Shown here: positions 1 through 8,330 of the stretch, in pieces | Position numbering within the stretch: position 1 is the stretch's first letter | Layout: every line of letters starts with the position of its first letter | Sequence record: NC_019406.1 | Length of the DNA stretch: 64,000 nucleotides | Reading direction: 5' to 3' (one strand) | Position numbers and translations under genes: made by a program | Notes under the pieces: model-generated | Seen by the model: the letters and a program-made list of their open reading frames with translations, nothing else | Database searches by the model: none | Told to the model about the DNA's origin: nothing

Positions 1-354
1 GGCCCCGACCCCGAGCGCTCATCTACATTTGGTGCCAATTTCGACATCACCCCATAGATGTGGGGCAAATCTCGGGCTCTAGACACCTGGGATTCTGCGG
101 GGCGCGTTAACCATGTTTGTTTACGTTACTGCGCGCCCGACCGGTAACCCTAATTCGTAGTCTTAAAATCCCCGAGTTTACCTGGAGTATGGCCCAGCAC
201 TACCCGGTCAGACTGCTCCGGTATGGCTGCGAGATCAGCGCGTCGACAGCCTCCTCGACCTGTCTGCGCGCTGACAGCCGCCGGCGCCTGCCCTCAAACC
301 TACGGACCTCCGTCACCAAACCTACGGAGTCCGCCGATCGAGGTCCGCAGGTTG

Positions 355-490
355 GGGACCCTTCAAAATTCACCCTGGGGACCCTTCGAAATTCATGGGC
401 CAGGGACCCTGGAAATTTTACCGGGGGACCCTTCGAAATTCTGCCTCCGGGGACCCTGGGAAATTCTGGAGCCAGGGACCCTGGAAAATT
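355..490 (+). repeat. Six copies of GGGACCCT-N3-AAATT-like 16-mer, period 22-25 bp
   Basis: Copies start at 355, 378, 403, 425, 450, 475. Confidence 0.9.
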
Positions 491-739
491 CACCCAGATT
501 TCCGGCCCGAATCGCCTCCCATTTAAGCCCAACCCTCAGATCGGCAGAAATATCGGCGATTTTACCCCATTTTGGGCCTAAAATCCCTTAAAAATCAGCC
601 TTTTAGCTCCATTTCAACATCGGCAGCGCCCGCTCCGCGCCCTGCCTGACTGTAGTCATCCTTCAACGCAAATGTGACTCACCGACCTGTCGCCACAATT
701 CCTCCCATCTTTTCAACATGTTACAGAGTCACATCTCAA

Positions 740-875
740 ATCCGGCCACGCCCAGCCCGATCCGGTCATCCGGCCAGACCTTAATCCGGACATATCCGGA
801 CAGAGCCCCATCCCAGAAACCTCAATGAAATCAACACGACCACCTTGCCAAACGTGACTATCCGGACATATCCGG
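740..875 (+). repeat. ATCCGG(A/C/T) repeated 7 times
   Basis: ATCCGG at 740, 760, 768, 784, 794, 860, 870. Confidence 0.75.
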
Positions 876-929
876 CCACGCAAACGTGACTCTCACCATA
901 TTGCTGCACCGCAACATAATCCCAGCCCG

Positions 930-978
930 TACAACCCATTTCGGTTGTATTTCGACCTCACAACCGATTTTGGTTGTA
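930..978. promoter_or_regulatory. Two operator-like palindromes ACAACC-N6-GGTTGT
   Basis: 931-948 and 960-977, 29 bp apart. Confidence 0.55.
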
Positions 979-1374
979 TCGGCCCAGACACATCCCTCCT
1001 CTCCTGTCAATCCCACCTACCTGCGACCTCCTCGCAGTCCTGAATTGGCAGAAACGAGACTGTGTCGCCGGCGCCGCGCCCCTGCGTTATCGTGCCACGC
1101 TTGCCAGCCCGCCAGGATCGTGCCCTACTGTCTCTCGGGAGCCGGTCTCCCTGGCCTGCACGTCGTAGACGCTAGTCGGTACCCCCTCACCCAGCCCGAG
1201 GGCATTCCAGACGCTAGTCCGCCGCTCGCAGGCGGCTTCGATCGCTCTCTCCCAAGGCGATCGAGGTCAGGCCGGCTCCTATCCCACCTCCAGGAGCCCA
1301 AAACAGGGTCAGGAGCCCGGATTAGCCCGATTCTGGGCTAAAAACGCCTCAAATCGGCCGAAAAACACGACAAA

Positions 1375-1516
1375 ACGCCATTTCATTCGCAAAACTCGAC
1401 GCGATTCCATTAATTTGACGCGACGCCATTCCATTTCGCCGACTCGACATGACGCGATTCCATTCCGGCGACTCGACATGACGCCATTTCATTTTCTTGA
1501 CGCGACGCCATTCCAT
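1375..1516 (+). repeat. Six copies of ACGC(C/G)ATT(C/T)CAT
   Basis: Starts 1375, 1399, 1423, 1452, 1481, 1505 (spacing 24/24/29/29/24). Confidence 0.9.
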
Positions 1517-1547
1517 CCCGCCGGCTCCAGACCACCGCCCAGGTCGA

Positions 1548-1786
1548 TTAGGGTAAACGTCAGGCCCGTTAACCACGTTCGTTAGGGTTACCGGTCCAGG
1601 TAAGGTTACGAATTAGGGTAAACAGGGCGTTAGGGTTAATGCCCCGTTAGGGTTAACACCGCGATGCACACTAACACTACTACTGTTAGGGTTAACGCCA
1701 CTGTTAGGGTTACGAATTAGGGTTAACGCGCCCGGCCGGTATTACTCGGCACTACCCGGTAATACCTAATGGCCATTAGGGTTAAC
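1548..1786 (+). repeat. Nine copies of TTAGGGT(T/A)A(A)C
   Basis: Starts 1548, 1582, 1613, 1630, 1647, 1686, 1704, 1717, 1776. Confidence 0.9.
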
Positions 1787-1794
1787 GCCCTGCG

Positions 1795-1868
1795 AGCGCG
1801 CAGCCCCGCCGTTGCGCCCCTACGGTTCGAAGAGCCCGGCCCCTGCCGGGTCCCGCCCGGCTACATCT
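1795..1868 (-). ncRNA. Candidate ~80-nt structured RNA, copy A
   Basis: Lies downstream of the minus-strand promoter at 1881-1904. Core GGGCTCTTCGAACCGTAGGGGCGCAACGGCGGGGCTGCGCG is shared with copies B-D. No ORF. Confidence 0.6.
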
Positions 1869-1931
1869 ACACCTTAGCCTCTATTTCTTAACAAACCGTA
1901 AACGCCGGGCAGTTTCCCGCCCGGCGCCGGC

Positions 1932-2186
1932 TTAGTCGTCAGATTGCGCGGCTAGGCCATAATCGCAGTCATCCCACAACCAAGAGAGGATGTAATCCGG
2001 GTTCTTGTTCGGGTGCGCGGCCTCTTGCGCCTCTAGCTCTTCGCGGAAGGTCGCCGCGTCGTCACCTTGGAGCCAAACAGACGTTTGGGCGATCTTGTTT
2101 CGCAGGGTGTACGCCGCGCCGTTGCCATAGCTGTCTAGGGCGTAACGGGTACCTTCCATAATCCGAATCGGGCCTGAAAAAGCCAT
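1932..2186 (-). CDS. Hypothetical early protein (84 aa)
   Basis: ORF with upstream hairpin and AAGGTG SD-like site. Confidence 0.7.
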   Translation of the reverse strand: MAFSGPIRIMEGTRYALDSYGNGAAYTLRNKIAQTSVWLQGDDAATFREELEAQEAAHPNKNPDYILSWLWDDCDYGLAAQSDD

Positions 2187-2292
2187 GGATTCACCTTGGA
2201 GAGCGCGCCGGGCGTCTCCGCCCGGCGCTAGGGGTTACCAAAGCGCCCAAAGGATGAGCGCGGCGAGAATGAGGGGCGTTAGCTTGATCAAG

Positions 2293-2619
2293 CTACAGCC
2301 CCAAGGTGTGCGGGACGCCCCAAACGGCCGCCGCGTTGCGCGGGCGGGCGTCCAGAGCGAGGCGCCACCGGTAGAGGTATTCTCGCGCCGCCGCTTGTTC
2401 GGGCGTCCGGCCGTGTCCGATTCGCTCCGCCATGCGGGTTGCGGTATCGGCGCCGGGAACCTTACGAAGAGGCCCGACGATCATAGCTGCGAACAATTCG
2501 CAAGCTTGCTTGATGTCGTTGGCGCGGTCGTTCTGGACGTATCGCAGGAACTGCACAAGGGTCAGGCGAATAGGGCGCCCGAACTCGCGCGATTGCTGCA
2601 CGTCAGATGCAGGGTACAT
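2293..2619 (-). CDS. Hypothetical early protein (108 aa)
   Basis: Downstream of promoter 2680-2702 (-), GAGG SD. Confidence 0.75.
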   Translation of the reverse strand: MYPASDVQQSREFGRPIRLTLVQFLRYVQNDRANDIKQACELFAAMIVGPLRKVPGADTATRMAERIGHGRTPEQAAAREYLYRWRLALDARPRNAAAVWGVPHTLGL

Positions 2620-2789
2620 GATGCCTCACGATGTCAAAGAGCGCGGCGGGGTTGTCCGCCGACCCGCTCAATCTCGCATCTATTTCTTAACAAGACGTTA
2701 ACGGCCGAATCTTTTTCGTGTTTACGATTTGTTAAGAAATCGGCTCTAGTGTCTCACGTGTCGGCGCATCCCGCGCCCTGGAGTCTCGC

Positions 2790-2996
2790 ATGTCTCAAGA
2801 CAGCATGAAGATACCCCGCGACACGTTCGCCGTGTTCTGGTCCCTGCCCGGTGACGTGATGCAGTTTCACGGCGACATGAAACGGGCGCTGTATCCGACC
2901 GCCCGCGCCGCCGCTGAAGCCTTCCGCGCCATGTTCCCCCGCAACGTGGTCAAGAGCGTCCGCGACGCGTCCGGCCGCTTCCTGGCCTTCAAGTAG
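2790..2996 (+). CDS. Hypothetical early protein (68 aa)
   Basis: Promoter + GGCGCATCCCGCGCC hairpin + GGAG SD. Confidence 0.8.
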   Translation: MSQDSMKIPRDTFAVFWSLPGDVMQFHGDMKRALYPTARAAAEAFRAMFPRNVVKSVRDASGRFLAFK

Positions 2997-3005
2997 GAGT
3001 CGCCC

Positions 3006-3296
3006 GTGTCGCACGTCTATGACATCGAATATACCGACACGTTCGCCGGAGAGGCGAATTACTCATGGGTTCGCCGGGCAACCGTGACCATGCCGGAGCT
3101 AACCCATTATGGGTATGACGGCGGGACGAACTACGCCAAGGCGAACAAGGTGTTTAATCGCGAACTCATGAAGCGCGCCAAGGCCGCCATGGGCTTGACG
3201 GGCGTTAAGGGCGTCACCTCGACGCACGGCGACACCCTGGAGTTTCGCCCCTACAGGTCCGCGACGGTCCTTTTCGCCAACTATCGCGACGCCTAA
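3006..3296 (+). CDS. Hypothetical early protein (96 aa)
   Basis: AGGAG SD, GTG start, phage-like codon use. Confidence 0.8.
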   Translation: MSHVYDIEYTDTFAGEANYSWVRRATVTMPELTHYGYDGGTNYAKANKVFNRELMKRAKAAMGLTGVKGVTSTHGDTLEFRPYRSATVLFANYRDA

Positions 3297-3354
3297 GGCG
3301 GAGCCCGGCGCCCTCCAGCGCCGGGCGAACGCTTGCCCAGCCCGTTAACCATGT

Positions 3355-3430
3355 TTTTGAAAAACGCGCATCCCCGCCGTAGCGCCCCTACGGTTCGAAG
3401 AGCCCGGCCCCGCCGGTCCCGCCGGCTACA
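3355..3430 (-). ncRNA. Candidate ~80-nt structured RNA, copy B
   Basis: Downstream of promoter 3449-3469 (-), same core sequence, ends in a T-run. Confidence 0.6.
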
Positions 3431-3557
3431 GGTCCAATCTAGCGCCCATTCCTTAACAAACCGTAAACGCGATAAAGAATCTCGCGTTTACCTTTTGTTA
3501 AGAAATAGGGTCTAGGGTGTCTTTGTGGCGGGACGGTCCCGCCCTGGAGATGAACCG

Positions 3558-3956
3558 ATGAACGAAGCTCAGACCAACGCCGCCGCCTCGATCCGCGCGA
3601 CCGGTGAAACCATTCTGGCCAAGATCGAAGCCGCCCGCGCCAGCGTCGCCGCGAACCCGCACCTCGCCGGGCAATTCTACCTTGTCGGCGACACGGGCGG
3701 CGGACTCGTCGTCAACACCGATGGCGGCGCCGGCTACCGCTTCGGCGGCATGTTCTCCGAAACGGTGATCGCGTTCCCCGCCGACGCCAAGGAAGAGGCT
3801 TACCGCCTCGCCGCGCACTGGAATCGCCGCCTCTCGCCTAAGGAACGGGCCGCCCGCTGCACCGTCACCGTCCAGACCCGCGAGGAGGCTTGGACCGCCC
3901 TCGAAAAGTCCTGGCGCGAGACGTTCGCCATGATCGAAGCCGCCAAGGTCGCCTAA
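3558..3956 (+). CDS. Hypothetical early protein (132 aa)
   Basis: Promoter + GGCGGGACGGTCCCGCC hairpin + GGAG; start moved to ATG 3558. Confidence 0.8.
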   Translation: MNEAQTNAAASIRATGETILAKIEAARASVAANPHLAGQFYLVGDTGGGLVVNTDGGAGYRFGGMFSETVIAFPADAKEEAYRLAAHWNRRLSPKERAARCTVTVQTREEAWTALEKSWRETFAMIEAAKVA

Positions 3957-4057
3957 GGCGAGCGCCCCGGCCGAAAAAGCCGGGGCGTTTACCTCTTGTT
4001 AAGAAATATCCTCTAGGTTCATCTTGTCGGCGCATCCCGCGCCCTGGAGCAAGTCAC

Positions 4058-4438
4058 ATGGCTTATCGTGGAAAGTACCCCGAGCGCGTGAAATCGTGCG
4101 TCGAAATCGGCCCGAACGATCACATGCTTAAAGGCCCCCTGGCCTTGATGCTCCTGAACGACGGCCGCCGCTTCCACATCCGGACCCGGAACAAGTACCA
4201 CGCCGGTTACGCGATTTGCGGCGAGGAATTCGCCCAGATCAAGCGCGGCGGCTGGTACGACATCGAGCCGGCGCCGGAAGAGCCCAAGCCCGCCCGCAAG
4301 CCTCGCCTGTATTTCGAATATTACGGCGTCACTGTCTGGCGCAACACGTCGCCGGGCTTCGCCCTCCGCTGGAGCGGCGGCGGGTACGCGGCCGATACCC
4401 AAGAGGGAATCCGCCGGCTGATCCGTGAGGGGCGATGA
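4058..4438 (+). CDS. Hypothetical early protein (126 aa)
   Basis: Cassette leader + GGAG; start moved to ATG 4058. Confidence 0.8.
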   Translation: MAYRGKYPERVKSCVEIGPNDHMLKGPLALMLLNDGRRFHIRTRNKYHAGYAICGEEFAQIKRGGWYDIEPAPEEPKPARKPRLYFEYYGVTVWRNTSPGFALRWSGGGYAADTQEGIRRLIREGR

Positions 4439-4722
4439 GCAACGCCGCCCGCGCGGAACGCTGGATAGGCCACGTTGAGAAAGGAGTCGGCCGCGCCCTC
4501 GAAAGGGCGGCGCGGTCCCGGCCCTTCGCTATCGAGGCGGAGGCCGCCCCGTTCCTGGCGACCTTCAAGCGGCAGGCCGCCGGACATGCGCAGCGCGCCC
4601 AGACCCTGGCCCTAGCTGGCGACCGCGCCGGCGCCTTGGTCGAGGCGCGACACGCGGAACGGTGCGCCGCGAACCACGCGAGAATTTTGGAGGCCGTCGA
4701 CTCCGTCTTAACCGCTTGTTAA
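4435..4722 (+). CDS. Hypothetical Ala-rich early protein (95 aa)
   Basis: ATGA overlap with upstream gene; stop lies inside the next promoter box. Confidence 0.7.
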   Translation: MSNAARAERWIGHVEKGVGRALERAARSRPFAIEAEAAPFLATFKRQAAGHAQRAQTLALAGDRAGALVEARHAERCAANHARILEAVDSVLTAC

Positions 4723-4778
4723 GCAATAGGCGGTAGGTTGCTCTTGTGGCGGGACGGTCCCGCCCTGGAGAACCTGAG

Positions 4779-5045
4779 ATGAGCACTCTTCCCGTTCGGA
4801 CCCTGGAGCAAATCGGCCATCTGACTTGGGTGGCCACGCGCCGGGGCGGCGGCTTCGATGCCGCGTTCGCCGATAGTGACGACGCCATCCGCCACGCCAT
4901 GGCGACCGGCGGCGCCCTAGGTCACACCCTGCTAGGCTGGATTGACATGTTCAGCCCTTCCGCGACGTTCGAAGCGAACCAAGCGCAGGTTGTGGCCTTC
5001 CTTGATCGCGGCGACGAATTCGACCGCGTGATGAGCGAAGCCTAA
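4779..5045 (+). CDS. Hypothetical early protein (88 aa)
   Basis: Cassette leader + GGAG. Confidence 0.75.
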   Translation: MSTLPVRTLEQIGHLTWVATRRGGGFDAAFADSDDAIRHAMATGGALGHTLLGWIDMFSPSATFEANQAQVVAFLDRGDEFDRVMSEA

Positions 5046-5114
5046 GGCGAGCGCCCCGGCCGAAAAGCCGGGGCGTTTACCTCTTGTTAAGAAATAGCCT
5101 CTAAGGTGATCACG

Positions 5115-5185
5115 TACCCGGCGGGACCGGGCGGGCCGGGCTCTTCGAACCGTAGGGGCGCAACGGCGGGGCTGCGCGTTTTTCA
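5115..5185 (+). ncRNA. Candidate ~80-nt structured RNA, copy C
   Basis: Downstream of promoter 5076-5108, same core, ends in TTTTT. Confidence 0.6.
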
Positions 5186-5278
5186 GCGCCCCGAAAAAGT
5201 TTCCCGCGTTAACTTCTTGTTAAGAAATAGGCGGTAGGTTGCTCTTGTGGCGGGACGGTCCCGCCGGAGAAAAACGAC

Positions 5279-5716
5279 ATGACGACGCAAGCCGCCCTCG
5301 CCGCCCGCCTGGACCGCGCCGCCCGGATCATCCGGGGCGAAGTCCCGGCCTCCAAGCGCAAAGAGCGCAAGGCCCGCCGCGCGTTTCAGCGCGCCCTCGC
5401 CGGAATGGACATTCCGACCTATGTCGCGTGGCTGAACGATCCGGCCGACACCCTCCGCCTCACGGATGACGTGGAGCATTGGGCGTCGTTCGGGATTACG
5501 AACGCCCTTCAACTCGGCGACTATCTGAACGGGTGCGTTCGCCGGGAAATCGAAAAGGACTCGCGCTGGAGCGGGTACGAAGACGAGGCCGACGACTTCG
5601 GCGGCTTCGGGGGCGATGATGACGGCGAGGGCTACAGCTTCGACCGCGACCGCGCCGCAGGGATCGCCGCCGACAAGGCCAAGCGCGACGCCATGCACGA
5701 AGACACCCCTTTTTAA
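5279..5716 (+). CDS. Hypothetical early protein (145 aa, acidic C-terminus)
   Basis: Cassette leader + GGAG. Confidence 0.8.
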   Translation: MTTQAALAARLDRAARIIRGEVPASKRKERKARRAFQRALAGMDIPTYVAWLNDPADTLRLTDDVEHWASFGITNALQLGDYLNGCVRREIEKDSRWSGYEDEADDFGGFGGDDDGEGYSFDRDRAAGIAADKAKRDAMHEDTPF

Positions 5717-5767
5717 CCCCCTAGGGCGGCGGATCGGCCGCCGCCCGCCTCTCTGGAGCGCAAGCCC

Positions 5768-6202
5768 ATGACCCGCCACATTCTCGCCCTCACGACTCCG
5801 GAATATGACGCCGTTCTAGCGGCCGTCCGCGTCGTCTCGTTCGCCCTGGAACGCGGCCAAGAAACCGCCGACGTAGCCGGCGACTTTCTCGACATCGCGA
5901 CCAATGGCGGCGAACACGCTTACGCCAGCCCGGCCGACATCGGCGCCCGTCTGGGCGACCTCGCCGACTCGTGGCAAGCGAACCCGGACACGCCCGGAAC
6001 CGGGGCGAACCCGGTGCAAGTCATCATCGCTTCGCACGGCGGGGACGTGATCGCCGCCGCCCGTGGTCTGGGCTACATCATCCGCAAGGATGCGGCCGGG
6101 CGCTACTATCCCGCCCAAGACCTCGAATCGGCGTCGCGCCACGGCTACCACGACACCCGCGAAGCCGCCGCCCGCCTTGTCGTGGAAAGCGCTTTTCTTT
6201 AA
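5768..6202 (+). CDS. Hypothetical early protein (144 aa)
   Basis: GGGCGGCGGATCGGCCGCCGCCC leader + GGAG. Confidence 0.8.
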   Translation: MTRHILALTTPEYDAVLAAVRVVSFALERGQETADVAGDFLDIATNGGEHAYASPADIGARLGDLADSWQANPDTPGTGANPVQVIIASHGGDVIAAARGLGYIIRKDAAGRYYPAQDLESASRHGYHDTREAAARLVVESAFL

Positions 6203-6283
6203 CCTCTTGTTAAGAAATAGAGGCTAGAAGGAAAGCACGGGCGGCGGATCGGCCGCCGCCCACATCCCCTGGAGCGCAAGCCC

Positions 6284-6864
6284 ATGTCGCAACGCTACCG
6301 TCTCGCCGACCAAATCAAGGTTGCGAACGACGTTTCAAAGCTGCTCTATGCAGCCGCCGAAGCGCTGGAGCCGAACAATCAGAACGTGACGCCGCAAGCG
6401 CGCGCCGAACTCCGCGAAAGCTGATCGGCGCGAGCGCCGGCGCCCTGACGCACAAGCCGCCGGCTGAAGTCCTGAAAACCCTCGTTTGGGTTGTCGAGTT
6501 GGCGCAAGATCGCGCCACCGGCTCGGACTTTAATTCGTCTCAAGAGGCCCTGGACGAACACGACGCCCTAGCCTTCGTCGCCGACTGGCTGGAGGCGCAA
6601 GGCGAAGACGTGAGCCCGATTCGGATGGCGCAACCGTCCGCCGAACGCCTCGCGGCCCTTCGCCAATTCGCCGCCGACGAGGAAGCCGAGCGCGCCGCCC
6701 TGGAGCGCACGCAAGGGCGATTCGTCGTCGTTCACGGTGTCGCCGGTTCGCCCATGGGCGACCGCCTCCCCGGCCGCTTCGAAACCTACGACGAGGCCGA
6801 AGACGCGGCGGAGCCCTACCGCAAGCCGGGGACGTGGGCCTATGTTGACGAGTTAGCCTCGTGA
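6284..6864 (+). pseudogene. Early gene split by an apparent 1-nt deletion near 6417-6420 (46 aa + ~147 aa)
   Basis: ATG 6284 after a full cassette leader stops at TGA 6424, while the -1 frame continues open to 6864. Confidence 0.55.
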
Positions 6865-7033
6865 GCGCGCGCCCCTACGTCACAACGGCCCGTTGCCCCG
6901 ATGGCGTCTTTTACGGCGCCGCCTGGAGGGCGGACGGAACCCTAATCGCCATGTCAGAACCCAAGGCTTCGCGCTCCGCCGCGCGTCGCTGGGCTCTGGC
7001 GCAACTCTAAACCCCTCAGGACAAGGAGTCCGC

Positions 7034-7270
7034 ATGACCACGACCGACAAGACCCCGACCACGCGCCGCAAGCTGGCGACCGTGCAACGCGAGCAAGACG
7101 CCAAGGCCGCGCCCAAGAAAGCGCCCGTCAAGGCCAAGGCCGCCCCGGCTCCGAAGGAAGCCGCGCCCAAGGCCACCCGCAAGACCAAGACCCCGCCGCC
7201 GGCCGCGCCGCGTCCGAAGGTCCGGGGCCTGAAAGCCGCCCTGTTCGGCGGCGCGTTCAACCGCCTGTAA
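7034..7270 (+). CDS. Lys/Ala/Pro-rich basic protein, histone-H1-like composition (78 aa)
   Basis: AAGGAG SD; KAAPKKAPVKAKAAPAPK repeats. Confidence 0.75.
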   Translation: MTTTDKTPTTRRKLATVQREQDAKAAPKKAPVKAKAAPAPKEAAPKATRKTKTPPPAAPRPKVRGLKAALFGGAFNRL

Positions 7271-7364
7271 AAACTTCCGGGCGTTTACCTCTTGTTAAGA
7301 AATAGGAGGTAGGTTCTAGTCACGGGCGGCGGATCGGCCGCCGCCCAAACTCACGGGAGGCCAC

Positions 7365-8066
7365 ATGGCCCGCAAACTGACTCTCTCGCTGCTCTCGAAC
7401 CCCGATTTGAGCATGGCGAACGTTACGACCGCCTCGCAACGTATCGAGGACTGGTCGACGGTCCTTTACGGTGACGAGGACGGCCGGGGCGAAACGGCTG
7501 ATATCGTCATGCCACCGGTCACGTACGGCGCCATCAATGACCACGCCGCCGACCTGCTGACCGAAGCGCAAAAGCGCACCGCCGACCGCTCGCCGGATCG
7601 TGAGGCGCCCCGCGACCTCGCCGACCGTTTCGAGGAAACCGAAGGTTTCCACGAATGGAAAGAATCGTTTTCGCCGATGATGAATTTCGTTTGGCCGGTG
7701 TGCCTGCCCTATCGCACCGACGCGGAACAAGTCGCCGCCCTGCTGCAAGAATTCTGCCCCGTCATGACTCTGGTCAGCTTCGGCGATGGCTCGCCGTTCT
7801 GCGAAGAGGAACACGGCTTCGCCCTCTCGGGCGGCGGAATGAACCTCGCCGACCAAATCGCGACGGCCTATCTCTGCGCCGGCGTCGTCCCGCCCTCCGA
7901 ACTGCTGGAATCGCTCGCCGGCGTCATCGGCGATTATCAGCGGAACAAGGTCGGGCCGGTCCTGCGCAAGGCCTATCAGCGGGCCGCCGAATACCACGCG
8001 CACCGGGTCAAGGCGATCCGCCGCGAAGCCGCCCGCGTCTTCGCCAAGCCCAAGACCGAAGGCTAA
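7365..8066 (+). CDS. Hypothetical early protein (233 aa)
   Basis: Cassette leader + GGAGG SD. Confidence 0.85.
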   Translation: MARKLTLSLLSNPDLSMANVTTASQRIEDWSTVLYGDEDGRGETADIVMPPVTYGAINDHAADLLTEAQKRTADRSPDREAPRDLADRFEETEGFHEWKESFSPMMNFVWPVCLPYRTDAEQVAALLQEFCPVMTLVSFGDGSPFCEEEHGFALSGGGMNLADQIATAYLCAGVVPPSELLESLAGVIGDYQRNKVGPVLRKAYQRAAEYHAHRVKAIRREAARVFAKPKTEG

Positions 8067-8129
8067 GCCCTGGAGGCCCGGCGCACCCCGCCGGGCCTTT
8101 AGCGTGTCTGGCGCGTTAACCATGTTCCG

Positions 8130-8203
8130 AAATTGCGGGCAGGTTCGCCGTAGTGCCCCTGCCGTCCGAAGAGCCCCGCCGCGCCCGATCCTGCCGGGCC
8201 ATG
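8130..8203 (-). ncRNA. Candidate ~80-nt structured RNA, copy D (diverged, compensatory changes)
   Basis: Downstream of promoter 8219-8242 (-); core GGGCTCTTCGGACGGCAGGGGCACTACGGCGAACCTGCCCG. Confidence 0.55.
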
Positions 8204-8330
8204 GGTACACCCTAGCCCCTATTCCTTAACAAACCGTAAACGTGAAAAAGAATCTCGCGTTAACCTCTTGTTAAGAAATAGACGGTAGGTTCATCCCTGC
8301 CGGCGCATCCCGCGCCCCTGGAGAACGCAC

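Noticed and set aside
117-1576. ORF-track ORFs in the first 1.6 kb (117-581, 200-532, 223-591, 886-1341, 974-1168, 1349-1576)
   Set aside because: They translate the repeat arrays, lack SD sites and phage codon bias, and overlap on both strands.
355-1786. Repeat arrays as CRISPR
   Set aside because: Periods of 13-59 bp with degenerate 11-16-nt units, no 30-40-nt unique spacers and no cas genes.
1548-1786. TTAGGG as telomeric repeat or eukaryotic contamination
   Set aside because: Units are dispersed, not tandem, and embedded in continuous phage-like sequence.
6951-7010. 19-aa ORF MSEPKASRSAARRWALAQL
   Set aside because: SD is too far upstream and there is no other support.
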